From Squalus acanthias (Eukaryota), in the NCBI GenBank assembly GCA_030390025.1, contig CM059430.1, positions 62,248,001-62,312,000 on the forward strand: a DNA stretch of 64,000 nt, given 5' to 3'. The translations under genes and the position numbers were made by a program. Below are positions 11,790 to 24,699 of this stretch, one piece after another. The notes beneath the pieces were generated by a model. The model was not told where the DNA came from. It worked only from the letters and a program-made list of their open reading frames with translations, and made no database searches. The number at the start of each line of letters is the position of its first letter. Within the stretch, counting starts at the first letter, position 1.

Positions 11790-13152
11790 CATTAAGCAGT
11801 AGCAGGGCATTTGGAAAATCATAATGCAGTCAAGCAGAGTCAGCATGGTTTTATGAAGGGAAATCATGTTTAACAAACTTGCTGGAGTTCTTTGAGGATG
11901 TAACGAGCAGGGTGGACAAAAGTGAACCAGTGGATGTGGTGTATTTAGATTTCCAGAAGACATTGGATAAGGTGCCACATAAAACGTTACTGCATAAGAT
12001 AAGAGCTTACGGAATTGGGGTTAATATATTAACATGCATAGAGTATTGGCTAACTAACAGAAAGCAGAGAGTCGGGATGAATGGGTCATTTTCCGTTTGG
12101 CAAACTGTAACTAGTGGGGTGCCACAGGGATCAGTGCTGGGGCCTCAACTATTTACAATCTACTTTAATAATTTGGATTAAGGGACCGAGTGTAATGTAG
12201 CCAAGTTTGCGGATGATACAAAGATGGTTGGGAAAGCAAGTTGTGCAGAGGACTCAAAGAACCTGCAAAGGGATATAGACAGGCTAAGTGAGTGGGCAAA
12301 CATTAGGCAGATGGAGTATAATGTGGGAAAGTGCGAGGTTATACACTTTGGCAGGAAAAATAAAAAAGTTAATTATTATTTAAATGGAGAGGGATTACAA
12401 AATGCTACAGTTGAGAGGGACTTGGGGGTCCTTGTGCATGAAACACAAAAGGTTAGCATGCAGGTACAGCAAGTAATCAAAAAGGTAAATGTAATGTTGG
12501 CCTTTATTTCAAAGGGGTTGGAGTATAAAAGCAGGGAAGTTCTACTACAACTGTACAGGGTATTGATGAGACCACACCTTGAGAACTGCGTACAGGTTTG
12601 GTCTCCTTATTTAAGGAAGGATATACTTGCATTGGAGTCAGTTCAGTGACGATTCACTAGGTTAATTCCAGAGATGAGAGGGTTGACTTATGAGGAAAGG
12701 TTGAGCAGGCTGGGCCTATACTCATTGGAATTTAGAAGAATGAGTGGTGATCTTATTGAAAAATATAAGATACTGAGGGGGCACGACAAGTTAGATGCAG
12801 AGAGGATGTTTCCCCTCGTGGGGAAATCTAAAACGCGGGGGTACAGATTTAGAATAAAGGGTAGCCCTTTTAGAGCTGAAATGAGGAGGAATTTCTTCTC
12901 TCAGAGGGTCGTAAATCTGTGGAATTCTCTTCCCCAGATAGGTGTGGAGGCTGGGTCATTAAATACATTTAAGGTGGAGATAGACAGATTTTTACAAGAT
13001 AAGTCAGTGAAGGGTTATGGGGTGTGGGCGGGGAAGTGGCTTTGGCCCAAGATCAGCCATGATCTTATTGAATGGCGGAGCAGGCTCGAGGGGCCAGGTG
13101 CCCTATTCCTGCTTCTATTTCTTATGTTCTTCTGTTCTTATTATCTTATGTT
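11790..13152 (+). mobile_element. 5'-truncated CR1 LINE
   Basis: [34 protein letters not shown]; tail ttcttatgttc. Confidence 0.92.
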
Positions 13153-13154
13153 CA

Positions 13155-13255
13155 GGTGTCTGACCCGGGGGACTATAACAATTACGGATAAATAGACCCT
13201 GCCCGTGAGCTTGGTATACTTGACCCCAGAGAGCCTCAGCTGTATGGCTGTAAAT
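13155..13255 (-). mobile_element. Middle piece of the minus-strand CR1 endonuclease
   Basis: AEALWGQV...LFIRNCYSPPGQ resembles the EN segment E.LWV...IG.CYRPP. Confidence 0.65.
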
Positions 13256-14830
13256 CCCCAGGCCCGGATGAAATGTATCCCACGCTGCTAAGCGAAACAA
13301 AAGAGGAAATAGCAGAGGCCCTGACCATCATTTTTCAATCCTCTCTGGCTTCAGGTGTGGTGCCTGGAGACTGGAGGACTGCTAATGTGGTGCCCTTGTT
13401 TAAAAAGGGAGAAAAGGATAGACCGTGTAATTACAAACCAGTCAGCCTAACCTCGGTGGTAGGAAAATTGTTGGAAAGAATTCTGAAAGACAGGATAAAT
13501 CTTCATTTAGAAAGACACGAATTAATCAAGTATAGTCAGCATGGATTTGTTGAGGGAAGGTCGTGTCTGATAAACTTGATTGGATTTTTTGAGGAGGTAA
13601 CAAGGAGGGTTGATGAGGGTAGTGCGTTTGATGTAGTGTATATGGACATTAGCAAGGCTTTTGATAAGGTTCCACATGGCAGACTGGTCACGAAGTTAAA
13701 AGCCCATGGCATCCAGGGCAAAGTGTCAAGTTGGATTCAAAACTGGCTCGGAGACAAGAAGCAGAGAGTAATGTTTGAAGGGTGTTTTTGTGACTGGAAG
13801 TCTGTTTCCAGTGGAGTTGCGCAGGGCTCAGTACTAGGTCCCTTGCTTTTTGTGCTATATATCAATGATCTAGATTTGAATATAGGGGGTATGATTAAGA
13901 AGTTTGCAGATGATACTAAAATCGGCTGTGTGGTTGATTCTGAAGAAGGAAGCTGTCGACTGCAGGAAGATATCAATAAATTGGTCAGGTGGACAGAACA
14001 GTGGTAAATGGATTTCAATCCGGAGAAGTGTGAGGTAATGCATTTGGGGAGGGCTAAAAAGGAAAGGGAATACACATTAAATGGTAGGACACTGAGTACT
14101 GTAGAGGAACAAAGGGACCATGGAGTGCATGTCCACAGATCCCTGAAGGTAGCAGGCCAGGTAGATAAGGTGGTTAAGAAGGCATACGGAATGCTTGCCT
14201 TTATGAGCCGTTGCATAGAATACAAGAGTCGCGGGGTTATGCTTCAACTGTATAAAACATTAGTTAGGCCTCAGCTAGAGTACTGCGTGCAGTTCTGGTC
14301 ATCACATTACAGGAAAGGTGTGATTGCACTAGGGAGGGTACAGAGGAGATTTACAAGGATGTTGCCGGGAGTAGAGAATCTTAGCTATGAGTAAAGACTG
14401 GATAGGTTGGGTCTGTTTTCCTTGGAACAGAGGAGGATGAGGGGAGTCATTATTGAGGTGTATAAAATTATGAGGAGCATAGATAAAGTGGATAGAAAGG
14501 AACAATTTCCCTTGGCAGAGGGGTCAGAAACTAGGGGGCACAGATTTAAAGTTATTGGTGGAAGGTTTAGAGGGGATTTGAGGTGAAATGTCTTCGCCCA
14601 GGGGGTTGTGGGGGTCTGGAACTCACTTCCTGAAAGGGTGGTAGAGGCAGGAACCCTAATCACATTTAAAAAGTACTTGGATGTGCATTTGGGATGCTGT
14701 AACCTGCAGGGCTACGGACCAAGAACTAGGAAGTGGGATTAGGACGTTAGCTCTTTATTGGCCGGCGCCGACACGACGGACCGAAATGGCCTTCTTCTGT
14801 GCTGTAACTTTCTATGAGTCTATGATTCTA
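13250..14830 (+). mobile_element. 5'-truncated CR1 LINE (RT + C-terminus)
   Basis: ORF 13273-14007 with RT motifs (YMDISKAFDKVPH, QGSVLGP, FADDTK); tail ttctatgagtctatgattcta. Confidence 0.93.
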
Positions 14831-14854
14831 CACTTGATGAGGCAATATCAAGTC

Positions 14855-15062
14855 TTTCTTTAGCTGACATTCTCACTGATAAAAATAGCAACCCCCAGCT
14901 CCCCTTTGACCTACTCTATACATTGTGAAACCCTTGCAGCCCTTTAGGTGAATTTCTGTAACGTCACTTTCATCTAGCCATGTCTCAGAAATACATAATA
15001 TGTCTAATTTCTCCAACACAACATAGGATTGCAGTTCCAACAATTTGTTTCTAACATTTTGA
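14855..15062 (-). mobile_element. N-terminal piece of the minus-strand CR1 endonuclease
   Basis: NVRNKLLEL...LDILCISETWLD...YRVGQRGAGG. Confidence 0.75.
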
Positions 15063-15063
15063 T

Positions 15064-15232
15064 GCATACACACGAACCCCACACACATGACCCCCACACA
15101 TATGGACCCCACACACATGGAACAAACACACACACATGGATCCCCCACATACCCGGACGCCACACACATGGAACACACTTACACGGACCCCCCATACATG
15201 GACTCTCCACACACGGACTCCACACACACGGA
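15064..15232 (+). repeat. CA-rich minisatellite (~16-18 nt unit CACACACATGGACCCC)
   Basis: Repeated cacacacatgga/cacacacgga units. Confidence 0.85.
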
Positions 15233-15425
15233 ACAGTCATTCAGAATTTTTTTTTTTTTATCACTTCCAGAAGGAAAAAAAACACCCCATAAAACACCAA
15301 AGAATTAACTACTCACTTATTACAGTATAAAGTCTTATATTTTACCAGCCAAGGACAACTATAAGTACAATTGGCGAATATTATTAACAGAGGATCTTCA
15401 TAAAGTTAACTATACTTCCACATTC

Positions 15426-15860
15426 TGTAGTCTGGCAAGACTGGAGCAAATTTCTCATTGCAGGGTTGTTTACAGCAGGCAGAATAAAATTACACATTTC
15501 AGACAATCTACCAAGGGGTACAATCAGAACTATGGTCTTGTCCTCCAAAGGGGAACAATCAGAAATCTGGTGCTGCAAATAAATGCTGCCTTGATTATTA
15601 TCAGCCGAAACGCATTGGCTGCACCCTATCTAGTTTTAACTAACCATTCTCTTACACAGACTATGTGTCGTTGTTTGTCTGTAATTCGGTGTGACTTCCC
15701 TCTAGCCAATTGTCAAAGCATGAAAATGATAAGTTGATAACAGTTGACGAAATTATATCCATCGAAGGCCATCTAGCAGTTAATGAGGTATGGTACACAT
15801 CCTAATTGGCTCCACCCTGTCTAGCTTCAATCATCTTGCAGCTAACTAGGTTACCTTACA
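15426..15860 (-). mobile_element. Putative 3' LTR of an ERV/LTR element
   Basis: Minus strand: polypurine tract AAGGTGGGGAAA (15872-15861) directly followed by TGTAAG; candidate end ...GACTACA; two CCAAT boxes. Distal end uncertain. Confidence 0.6.
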
Positions 15861-17975
15861 TTTCCCCACCTTGAGGTTGCAAAACATAGTTCTGATTCTA
15901 CAACGGAAGGACCAGTCATCTCCACCCTCCCGCATAAGTGCAGCTCGCTCCGGATTATTAACGTGTAATTTAACTATTTTGATGGACTGGTTCATATTTC
16001 AGCAATGACTGAACTTTGAGTGAAAGCACTGACACAGTGGCATGGAGGCCGTGCAAGCATCACTGTTATCCCCGTCCGTTCGACTGTGTAAGTGGCAAAC
16101 CCCATTGATGTGGGAGGCATTTCACTGGCCATTGACTCCTGACCTTAGTAAACTGTTAGCATTCAACCTCCTTTCTCCTCTGGTTCACAACAATAGTTTC
16201 GAGTAAGCACGATACTTTGTAGTGGAGTATATGGAACAGACTTCATTGATACACAGTAAAAGGTGATCGGCCTTTAACTTTATATAGAGAGTGACTTTTT
16301 CCTGGTTTCTGTATCTTTCGAGCATACTTTGAGGTACTGTTGAAAACCATGATTCTTCAGATACAATATGTTGACTACATCAAAGGAAAATGTCAAAATG
16401 ATGTATCTATTTCCCAAATCATTTGAAAACAGAATATCCATGTAAACAATTTGCAAATGTTTACTTCAAAACCACTCCCCTTAAACAAGGCTTCATTTAC
16501 CTACTGCTATCTTTAGCAAATGGGCTCGCTACCCCGTTTTATTACCCTCAAACTAAAGTTACATTTTATTACCTACACATATTTCCTTACACAAACACTT
16601 TACATATCAGAAGACAAGTCAAGCATTCTCCTCACAACACTTCAAAGTCACCCTCTTTATATATTGGAAAGCCTGTTAATCCAAGATACAATGAAGATCG
16701 ACTGTTAAACCTTAAATCCCCAAGATGTCCAAAATACATCTCTCCAGGATGTCCAGCATAAACACGTGAAATAACACTCGTTGTGCTCCCAAAACCGGGG
16801 CCAATATATTTCCTCAGTGTTCTTGATGCCAGTGCTGTTTCTCCTATGGGGAATTCGTTGTACTTCTTTCTCTCTCATTTTCCCAGGTTTCATTATATCT
16901 GGGATGTGGTTATCAATAGACCATCCCCAAAAATATATACGCCGCGCCTCCGCAAGTGTAGGTTCCCGACAAATACATAAACATTGAATACAAACTTCTG
17001 ACCCTTCCGGGATCTGGTAAGTCGTTGGTATGGTTTCATTCAGTGCACAGTTTCTAAGCTTTCTGTCCCCAATATATAGTCCTGGTAGTGGTTGGTCCAC
17101 TGTGTGTTGGTTCCTCTCTGAGCTCCATCTCCAACGACCATGCTTGAGTCATTGGCTGTGGACGCACTCCTGGTCAATATCAGTCCGAGGTGTAGATACC
17201 GTCCAATCTCCATTTCTAGTTTTAGTTCTGTAAACCAAGCATTGCATTTGTCATTATCTCAGTCTTAATATGTGGAGATCCTCTTTCAGTGCTCCCAAAC
17301 GCTTCAACCACATTTGCAATGCTTCCTGATCCTGTAACTGACGCCATTGCTGCCAGACCTTGAGTGAACCACAAAATCCATCTCACAGTACTCACATTAT
17401 GACAGGTCTTGCACCAGTATTGCCAGAAGCTCTCTAGTGTTTTCAGAATGCTTGAGCTCACTCTCATTGCTGTCAGACCCCGAGACCCTGGAAATACCGC
17501 TAGACCCCATCCGAATATTTTAAAAACCTAATATTCCGAATTCTCCCAGATTCCAGGGCTACCTCAATGATACTTAATCATATTCCACTCTAAAACTGCA
17601 AAACTTCCATCAGACTCCTGTTCTTCGAGAATCTCTGAATCTATGAGCAACGCCACAGAGACACCGCTAGTGTTTAATGATATAGACATGGTGCTATTTC
17701 TTTGAAATAAAAAAACACAATGCAATAGAGATAATAATTTATTTGATTAAAAACGGAACATTTTGTGTTTTGTTTTCATATGCTGCTGCCTTCTTCCAGT
17801 CACTAATCGAAGTGATGCTTATGGAAGTTCCAGTTGATAGAGTCAAATTCACATAAGACAACTTCTGAATAAAGGGACCAGAACTGTCGAATAACTTCAC
17901 ACTCCCAACCAAACCTTATGGCACAGATTATCCAAAGTCACCACTTATGGTACATTTATAATACACTTCATTAGA
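15861..17975 (-). mobile_element. Internal 3' region of the LTR element with two decayed ORFs (17689-17222 and 17247-16705)
   Basis: Splice acceptor ttttatttcaaag followed by gcaccATG; frames of 156 codons (2 stops) and 181 codons (1 stop) directly upstream of the PPT. Confidence 0.45.
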
Positions 17976-17979
17976 ATAA

Positions 17980-20873
17980 AACCAGATGGACAACCCAGCC
18001 TTGACATAGGCATCGGATTCGCACATGACAAAGGCACACACAGCCCCATCAACCCTACAATGTCCTCCTCACGAACACATGGAGACTTGTATCAAAATTC
18101 GGAGATCTGTCCTACAGACAAGTCAAGCAACAACCTGACATAGTCATACTCACAGAATCATACATTTCAGCCAACATCCTGGACTACTCCATCATCATCC
18201 CTACATATGTCCTGTCCCACCGGCAGCACTGTCCCAGAGAGGTGCAGGCACACATGAATACAGTCAGGTGAGAGTGGCCCTGGGAGTTCTCAACATTGGC
18301 TCCAGGCCCCAGGAAGTCTCATGGAACTAGGTCAAATATGGGCAAGGAAACTTCCTGCTGATTACCATCTACCGCCTCTCTCAGCTGACGAATCAGTGCT
18401 ACTCCATGTTGAATATGACTTGGAAGACGGACTGAGAGCAGCAAGAGCACAAAATGCACTTAGGGTGGGGGACTTCAAAGTCCATCACCAAGATTGAGTC
18501 GGTAGCAGCATTACTGACCGAGCTGGCCGAGTCCACTAGGAAATAACTGCCAGTCTGGGCCTGCAGCAGGTAGTGAGAGAACCAACACGAGGGAAACACC
18601 TACTTGACCTCGTCTTCACTAATCTACCTGTCGCAGCTGCATCTACCCATGTATTGGTAGGAGTGACCACCACACAGTTCTTGTGGAGAAGAAGTCCCAT
18701 CTTCACACCAAGGACGCTTTCCACCGTGTTGTGTGGCACTATCATCGTGCTAAATGAGATAAATTCAGAACAGATCCAGCAGCTCAAAACTAGGCAGCCA
18801 TGAAATCCTATGGGCCATCAGCAGCAGCAGAATTGTATTTCATCACAATCTGTAACCTCATGGCCAGCATATCCCTCACTCTACCAATACCATCAAGCCC
18901 AGGGACGAGTCCTGGTTTAATGAGGAGCGTTGAAGAGCATGCCAGGAGCAGCACCAGGCTTACCTAAAAAGAGGTGCAAACCTGGGGAAGCTGCATCACA
19001 GGACTAGATGCATACTAAACAGCGGAAGCAGCGTGCTATAGGTAGCGCTAAGTGATTCCACAATCAACGGATCTGATCAAAGCTCTGCAGTCCTGCTACA
19101 TCCAGTCGTGAATGTTGGTGGACAATTAATCAACTAACAGGAGGAGGAGGCTCCGTTAACATGCCTATCGTCAATGATGGCAGAGCCCAGCACGTGAATT
19201 CAACAGACAAGGCTCAGGCATTTGCAACCATCTTCAGCCAGAAGTGCCGAGTGGATGATTCACATCGGCCTCCTCCTGAGGTCCCCACTATCACAGAAGC
19301 CAGTCTTTAGCTAATTCAATTCACTGCTCGGGATATCAAGAAACGGCTGAGCGCACTGGATACTGCAAAGGCTGTGGGCCACGACAACATTCTGACTTTA
19401 GTGCTGAAGACCTGTGCTCCAGAACTAGCAACGCCTCTAACCAAGCTGTTCTGGTTCAGCTATAACACTGACAAAGGGAAAATTTGCCCATATATTTCCT
19501 GCACATATAAAGAAGGACAAATCCAATCCAGCAATTAGCGCCCCACCAGCCTTCTCTCAATCATCAGCAAAGTGATGGATGTGGTCACCGACAGTGCTAT
19601 TAAGCGGCACTTACTTACCAATAACCTGCTCATTGATGCATAGTTTGGGTTACGCCAGGATCAGTTAGCTCCACAAGTCATTACACCCTCTGTCCAACCA
19701 TGGATAAAAGAACTCAATTGCAGAGGTGAGGTGAGAGTGACATCTCTTGACATCAAGGCATCATTTGACCGAGTGTGGCAACAAGGAGCCCTAGTAAAAT
19801 TGAAGTCAATAGAAATTAGGGGGGAAATCTCCACTGGCTGGAGTCATACCTAGCACAAGGGAAGATGGTTGTAGTTGTTGGAGGCCTATCATGTCATCCC
19901 CCGAACATCGCTCAGTAGATTCTCAGGCCAATGTCCTAGGCCCAAGCATCTTCTGCTGCTTCATCAATGAGCTTTCCTCCATCATAAGGTCAGAAGTGGG
20001 GATGATCGCTGATGATTGCACAGTCTTCAGTTTCATTCACAATTCCTCAGATAATCAAGCATGCAGCAAGACCTGGATAAAATTCAGGTTCGCGCTGATA
20101 AGTTGTAAGTAACATTCTCGCCAAACATGTGCCAGGCAATGACCATCTCCAACAAGGGAGAGGCTAACCACCTCCCCTTGATTTTCAATGGCATCACCTT
20201 CGCCGAATCCCCCAGCATCAACGTCCTGGGGGTCACCATTGACCAGAAACTTAACTGCACCAGCCACACAAATACTGTGGCTAAAAGACCAATTAGTGGC
20301 TGGGTATTCTGCCACGACTGTTTCACCTCCTGACTACTAAAATACATTCCACCACCTGCAAGGCACAAGTTAGGAGTGTGATGGAATACACTCCAGTTGT
20401 CTAGATGTGTGCAGCTCCAACAACACTCAAGAAGCTCGACCCATGCAGGATAAAGCAGCCCACACCCCACACAGAACCATATCTTTCACTCCCTCCACCT
20501 TTGCTGCATTGTGTACCATCTACAAAATCCACTGCAGCAACTCACCAATGCTTCTTAGACAGCATATCCCAAAACCGCAAACTCCACCAACTAGAAGGAC
20601 AAGGGCAGCAAACGCATGGGAACTCCACCACCTCTACGTTCCCTTCGAAATTACAAACCATCCTGACTTGGAAACATTTTGCAGTTCCTTCATTATCACT
20701 GGGTCAAAATCCTAGAACTCCACCTCTATCAGCACTGTGGGAGTACCTTCACCACACGGACTGCAGCGGTTCTAGAGGGCGACTCACCACCCCCTTCTCA
20801 ACGACAACTAGGGATAGACAATAAATGCTCGCCCAGTAAACAACGACCACATTCCGTGAAAGAATAAAAAAAC
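17980..20873 (+). mobile_element. Decayed CR1-group LINE of a second family (EN + RT, A-rich tail)
   Basis: QQPDIVILTES, LLDLVFTNLP, VLKTCAPELATPL, LDIKASFDRVW, VLGPSIFCCFIN, IADDCT; ends gaataaaaaaa. Confidence 0.88.
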
Positions 20874-20949
20874 TGCATCGACTTGAAAGCTGCAGGTAAA
20901 ATGCAAATGCAGCCGAAAATCGAAGTCAGGACTAATGGATATCATTTCT

Positions 20950-21240
20950 AATTGTGCGGTAGCGGAAAAACGAGCGTCAGCGAAACGGCTGCCCGTTTTG
21001 CACTCTGCCCGATTTGTCTTTGCATTCAATTTAGTGGAAAATAATCGGGTGGTGTGCAAAACGGAATGTCGATTCACTATCGCCCATTTTGCCCAGCCAC
21101 ACAAGACGAATTCTACCCCAATACACAATTGGGGGAGATTTTTGAGTTTCTGCAATAAGGAAAATCGGGCCGTGTATATAATCGGTGGCCGATCCACTAG
21201 AGCCCATTCTACTCCCCCACTAAGGTTGAATTTCACTCCC
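20950..21240. mobile_element. MITE-like palindromic remnants
   Basis: Internal inverted repeat ccgttttgcact...ggtgtgcaaaacgg; similar sequence at ~52250-52345. Confidence 0.5.
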
Positions 21241-21623
21241 TCGTTTGCTGTCAGATCAAAGTGACTGCAACAGCAGATCGCAGATCACAGAGTAAATTCA
21301 GTCTTCTATGGTTCTCAACCCAAACGGCAAATTGAGCAAGGATTAGGGTGGAAAGAAATATAATTAGGTCTAACATTTTGCCCCAATTGGCTGTTGTTCC
21401 TGAGGATAAGGTCAAAACAATTTTAACCACTCCAGATTTGCCGAAACTATTTTATGTGTATGTTTGGTGGTACCAAGACCTCAATAAACAAAATAATTCA
21501 GATATGATTTTGGACATATAAATGAGACCTCTAGACTGAAAGCCAAATCGGAATTGATTGCCTCGTATTCCCATTGGTTCCGTTTGAATGCACAGCTTTA
21601 CTCAGAATTTTAGGTGAATAGAA

Positions 21624-22051
21624 TGGCCCGGATTGTGTGCTCAGCGGCGAAGTGATGCCGCTCGCCGCTGACCTCGAAGAAAGCTGCCCACTCAGATCTG
21701 GTGATCTCCGTGACATGGATTTCACCTGTCCTGACGTTAATTTCATTCTGTTGTCAAGTCAAGGGTATCTCCATTGTCCAGCAACACTGATATCATAAAG
21801 CTGCCTAAACATCCAATCACATTAAAGACTCCTCACAGACAACAAACCAATGGAAATTAAATTGATTGCCGGATGCGGTGAGTTCAACAGATCAGCCCGT
21901 GGAGTTGCAGGCAATGACTGACAGCAACTTATAGATGTCTGCGTTTAACTGCGCATATGCGATCGAGGCCAGAAATTGCTGTCAGTTTCACAGTTGTAAT
22001 GAAGGTGGACGCTGACAGTTTCGCCGTCATTTCAACCGCGAATTCCAGGCC
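21624..22051. mobile_element. Harbinger-type MITE remnants
   Basis: Ends ggccagaaattg...gaattccaggcc resemble the GGCCCAGAAATT TIR of other MITEs in the window. Confidence 0.5.
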
Positions 22052-22227
22052 AATACTTTTCCTAATTCTCTGGGTTGGATGATTATAGCCATTTCCAAGA
22101 AGGCTCATACTTGCAATACCAAATGTTCCGCTTTGACACAGCGCGAAAAATTGAAGTGAATTTTCAACAACCATCTACCCATAGTTATGTTACTTGTACA
22201 TTCGATTTCCTCATTTAATAAGAATAA

Positions 22228-22545
22228 TAGATCGTAGAATCACAGAATTTCACAGCACAGAAGGAGGCTATTTGGCCCAATGTGCCTGTGCCGGATCTTT
22301 GAAAGACATGTCCAATTTTATCCCGCACTCCAGTCATTTCCTATAACCCTGCTAATTAGACTTCTTCAAGTACCCCTCCAATTGCCTTTTGAAAGTTCCT
22401 ATGGAATCTGCTTCCAGTTCCCTTTCCGGTGGGTTATTCCAGATCTTAACAAACTTCTTTATGAAAGCAATTATCCTAATTTACCCTCTAGTTTTTTTGG
22501 AAATTATTTTACCACAAATCTATGGCCTCTGGTTACCGACCCAAT
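22228..22545 (-). mobile_element. CR1 3' fragment
   Basis: atcgtagaatcacagaat tail followed by cacagcacagaaggaggc...ggccca. Confidence 0.75.
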
Positions 22546-23425
22546 TGTTTCAAATTGTAGAATATATAATTGCAGTATGGATTAATTTCATAACCCGGTA
22601 GCGGAGTAAAACGCAATTCAGACATAGCAGCGTGAAATGTCAGTATGTTCGACTTATCACGTAGTCTGATGAAACGTAAGGAAATAACGAAGATTTTGAC
22701 CGTGTGGTTTTTGCAGTACTTAAACTTGTTTGGAAATAGTGACACAAGCCATCACGTTCTCCAGCTAAATAAAGAATATGGCTCATCAATTCACCTCCAC
22801 ACAGCAGCAGTTTAAGTGTTAAGTTTAGCTCTGTTCATTGCAACATCCTGCGAAAGCGCCGCATACGCGTAATGTTCACAATCAAACGCGACTGTACTGA
22901 ATATTTGCCCTGTAACATTTCTTAACATCTACAATTTACAATGGCTTCACCCGAAGACGCTATATCTGATCCATTCTTTATATGTATCGGCTTTATACAA
23001 AATTTAGAATAAACAGCAGGTGTGTCATTCTAAATACTGGCGCATTATATTTTTCGCCTGCACTTCCACTAAAGTGAAATTTGTCGAATCCCTTCCACGA
23101 AATGTCTCCATGTACTCCAACACTGTTCGCCTGATCATACGGGATCCCGAAATGTAATTTCCGGCCAGTTAGTTAAAACATAACCATCATTTATCTAAAG
23201 TGAAACATTTTTTAATTGAATTTCCCCGTAATAGTAACTATTTTAAGAGGAATGCTGCTCTTAAAATTAAAGTTGACCCCTGTTACAGTTTGTTGTACCT
23301 TCGAACTGCAGGTGGGAGGCGATCATGTCGGAGATTTTGCGTCGTACTTCTCCTTTAATGATATCATGATGTCTCCGTCTAACCACCTCAGGAACAGGAG
23401 GCAGGGTAGAGAACAGAACTCCCAT
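22545..23425 (-). pseudogene. Unknown two-exon gene, copy A (exon 1 23425-23299, exon 2 from 23194)
   Basis: acaATGG Kozak; MGVLFSTLPPVPEVVRRRHHDIIKGEVRRKISDMIASHLQFE G|gtac, 104-nt intron, ctttag|; exon 2 has stops and frameshifts; nucleotide homology to 46030-47190 and 49074-50950. Confidence 0.6.
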
Positions 23426-23524
23426 TGTAACAAAGGATGGAAAGCGCAACAAGTGTGGCCAATTGGACAATATTTTGAGTTGTGGCAAAGGGCGAGGAAG
23501 TCGACAGGATGGATCCTGGGTTAC

Positions 23525-24000
23525 GAGAAGTTTCACGAGGTTGATTCCGGAGATGAAGGGGTTGTCTTATGAAGAAAGGTTAGGCAGGTTGGGCCTATAT
23601 TCATTGGAGTTTAGAAGAATGAGAGGGGATCTTATTGAAACATATAAGATTCTGAAGGTGTTGACAGGGTAGAAGCAGAGAAGATGTTTCCCCTCGTGGG
23701 GGAATCTAGAACTAGGGGGCATATTTTCAGAATAAAAGGGCACCCTTTTAAATCGGTAATGAGGAGTAATTTCTTCTCTCAGAGGGTCGTGAATCTTTGG
23801 AATTCTCTTCCCCAGAGAGCTGTGGAGGCTGGGTCATTGACTATCTTTAAGGTGGAGATAGACAGGTTTTCGAACGATAAGAGAGTCAAGTGTTATGGGG
23901 AGCGGGCAGGGAAGTGGAGTTGAGGCCAAGATCAGAAAAGCCATGATCTTATTGAATGGCGGAGCAGACTTTCTCCTGCTCCTACATCTTATGTTCTTAT
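23525..24000 (+). mobile_element. CR1 3' fragment
   Basis: FTRLIPEMKGLSYEERL...RVVNLWNSLP; tail cttatgttcttat. Confidence 0.9.
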
Positions 24001-24699
24001 ACTCTTTATGTACGATGTAGAAAAAAGTGATGTATCTGGAGCATAACTATGGAGGTACTTCCAGATAAGTCGTCTGCTCACAGGCTGCCTGTTTTCAACA
24101 GTTCCACATCAAAACAAAGGTTGAACGGAAGACAGCAGTCAGTATTTCCATTTATAACCTTTGAGAATAAGGCGCAGTTTATCATTTAAGAACACAACAA
24201 ATTGCATGTCATTATGTTCATATATACATACACAAGTATTTATTTACTTATTAAATAAGAAAAAAAAATGCAGAGCAACGGATAAAGCGGTGAGTAGTGG
24301 GACTAATTGGATAGCTGTTTCAAACAGACTGCACAGGGGTGATGGGCCGAAAGGCCTCCTTCTGTGCGCTATGATTATATAAGTAAAAACCAAGTATATA
24401 AACCAATACGCGCGGCCAAATATACCAATATGAATAGAGATAATAAAAACAAGGATAATAATAACGACGAATGAAAATCTGCTTTATGATCTCACTCGGA
24501 TGAAATTATATTTCTTTGCGTTATGTTCCAGATGCAGCGCTCTTCTCTGCATCATAACCCATGGCCCAGCCGCCGATTGCCTATGTTATTCATGCAGAAA
24601 GGTCCATACCTCCTCATAAAACCATTTAAGTGATTATTCTGTATTTAATTTAAGTCTGATGACTAACTCTTTAATATGTTGGTGGTTCTGGCGAAAATC

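Noticed and set aside
15029-15330. His/Thr/Pro-rich ORFs
   Set aside because: Translations of a CA-rich minisatellite
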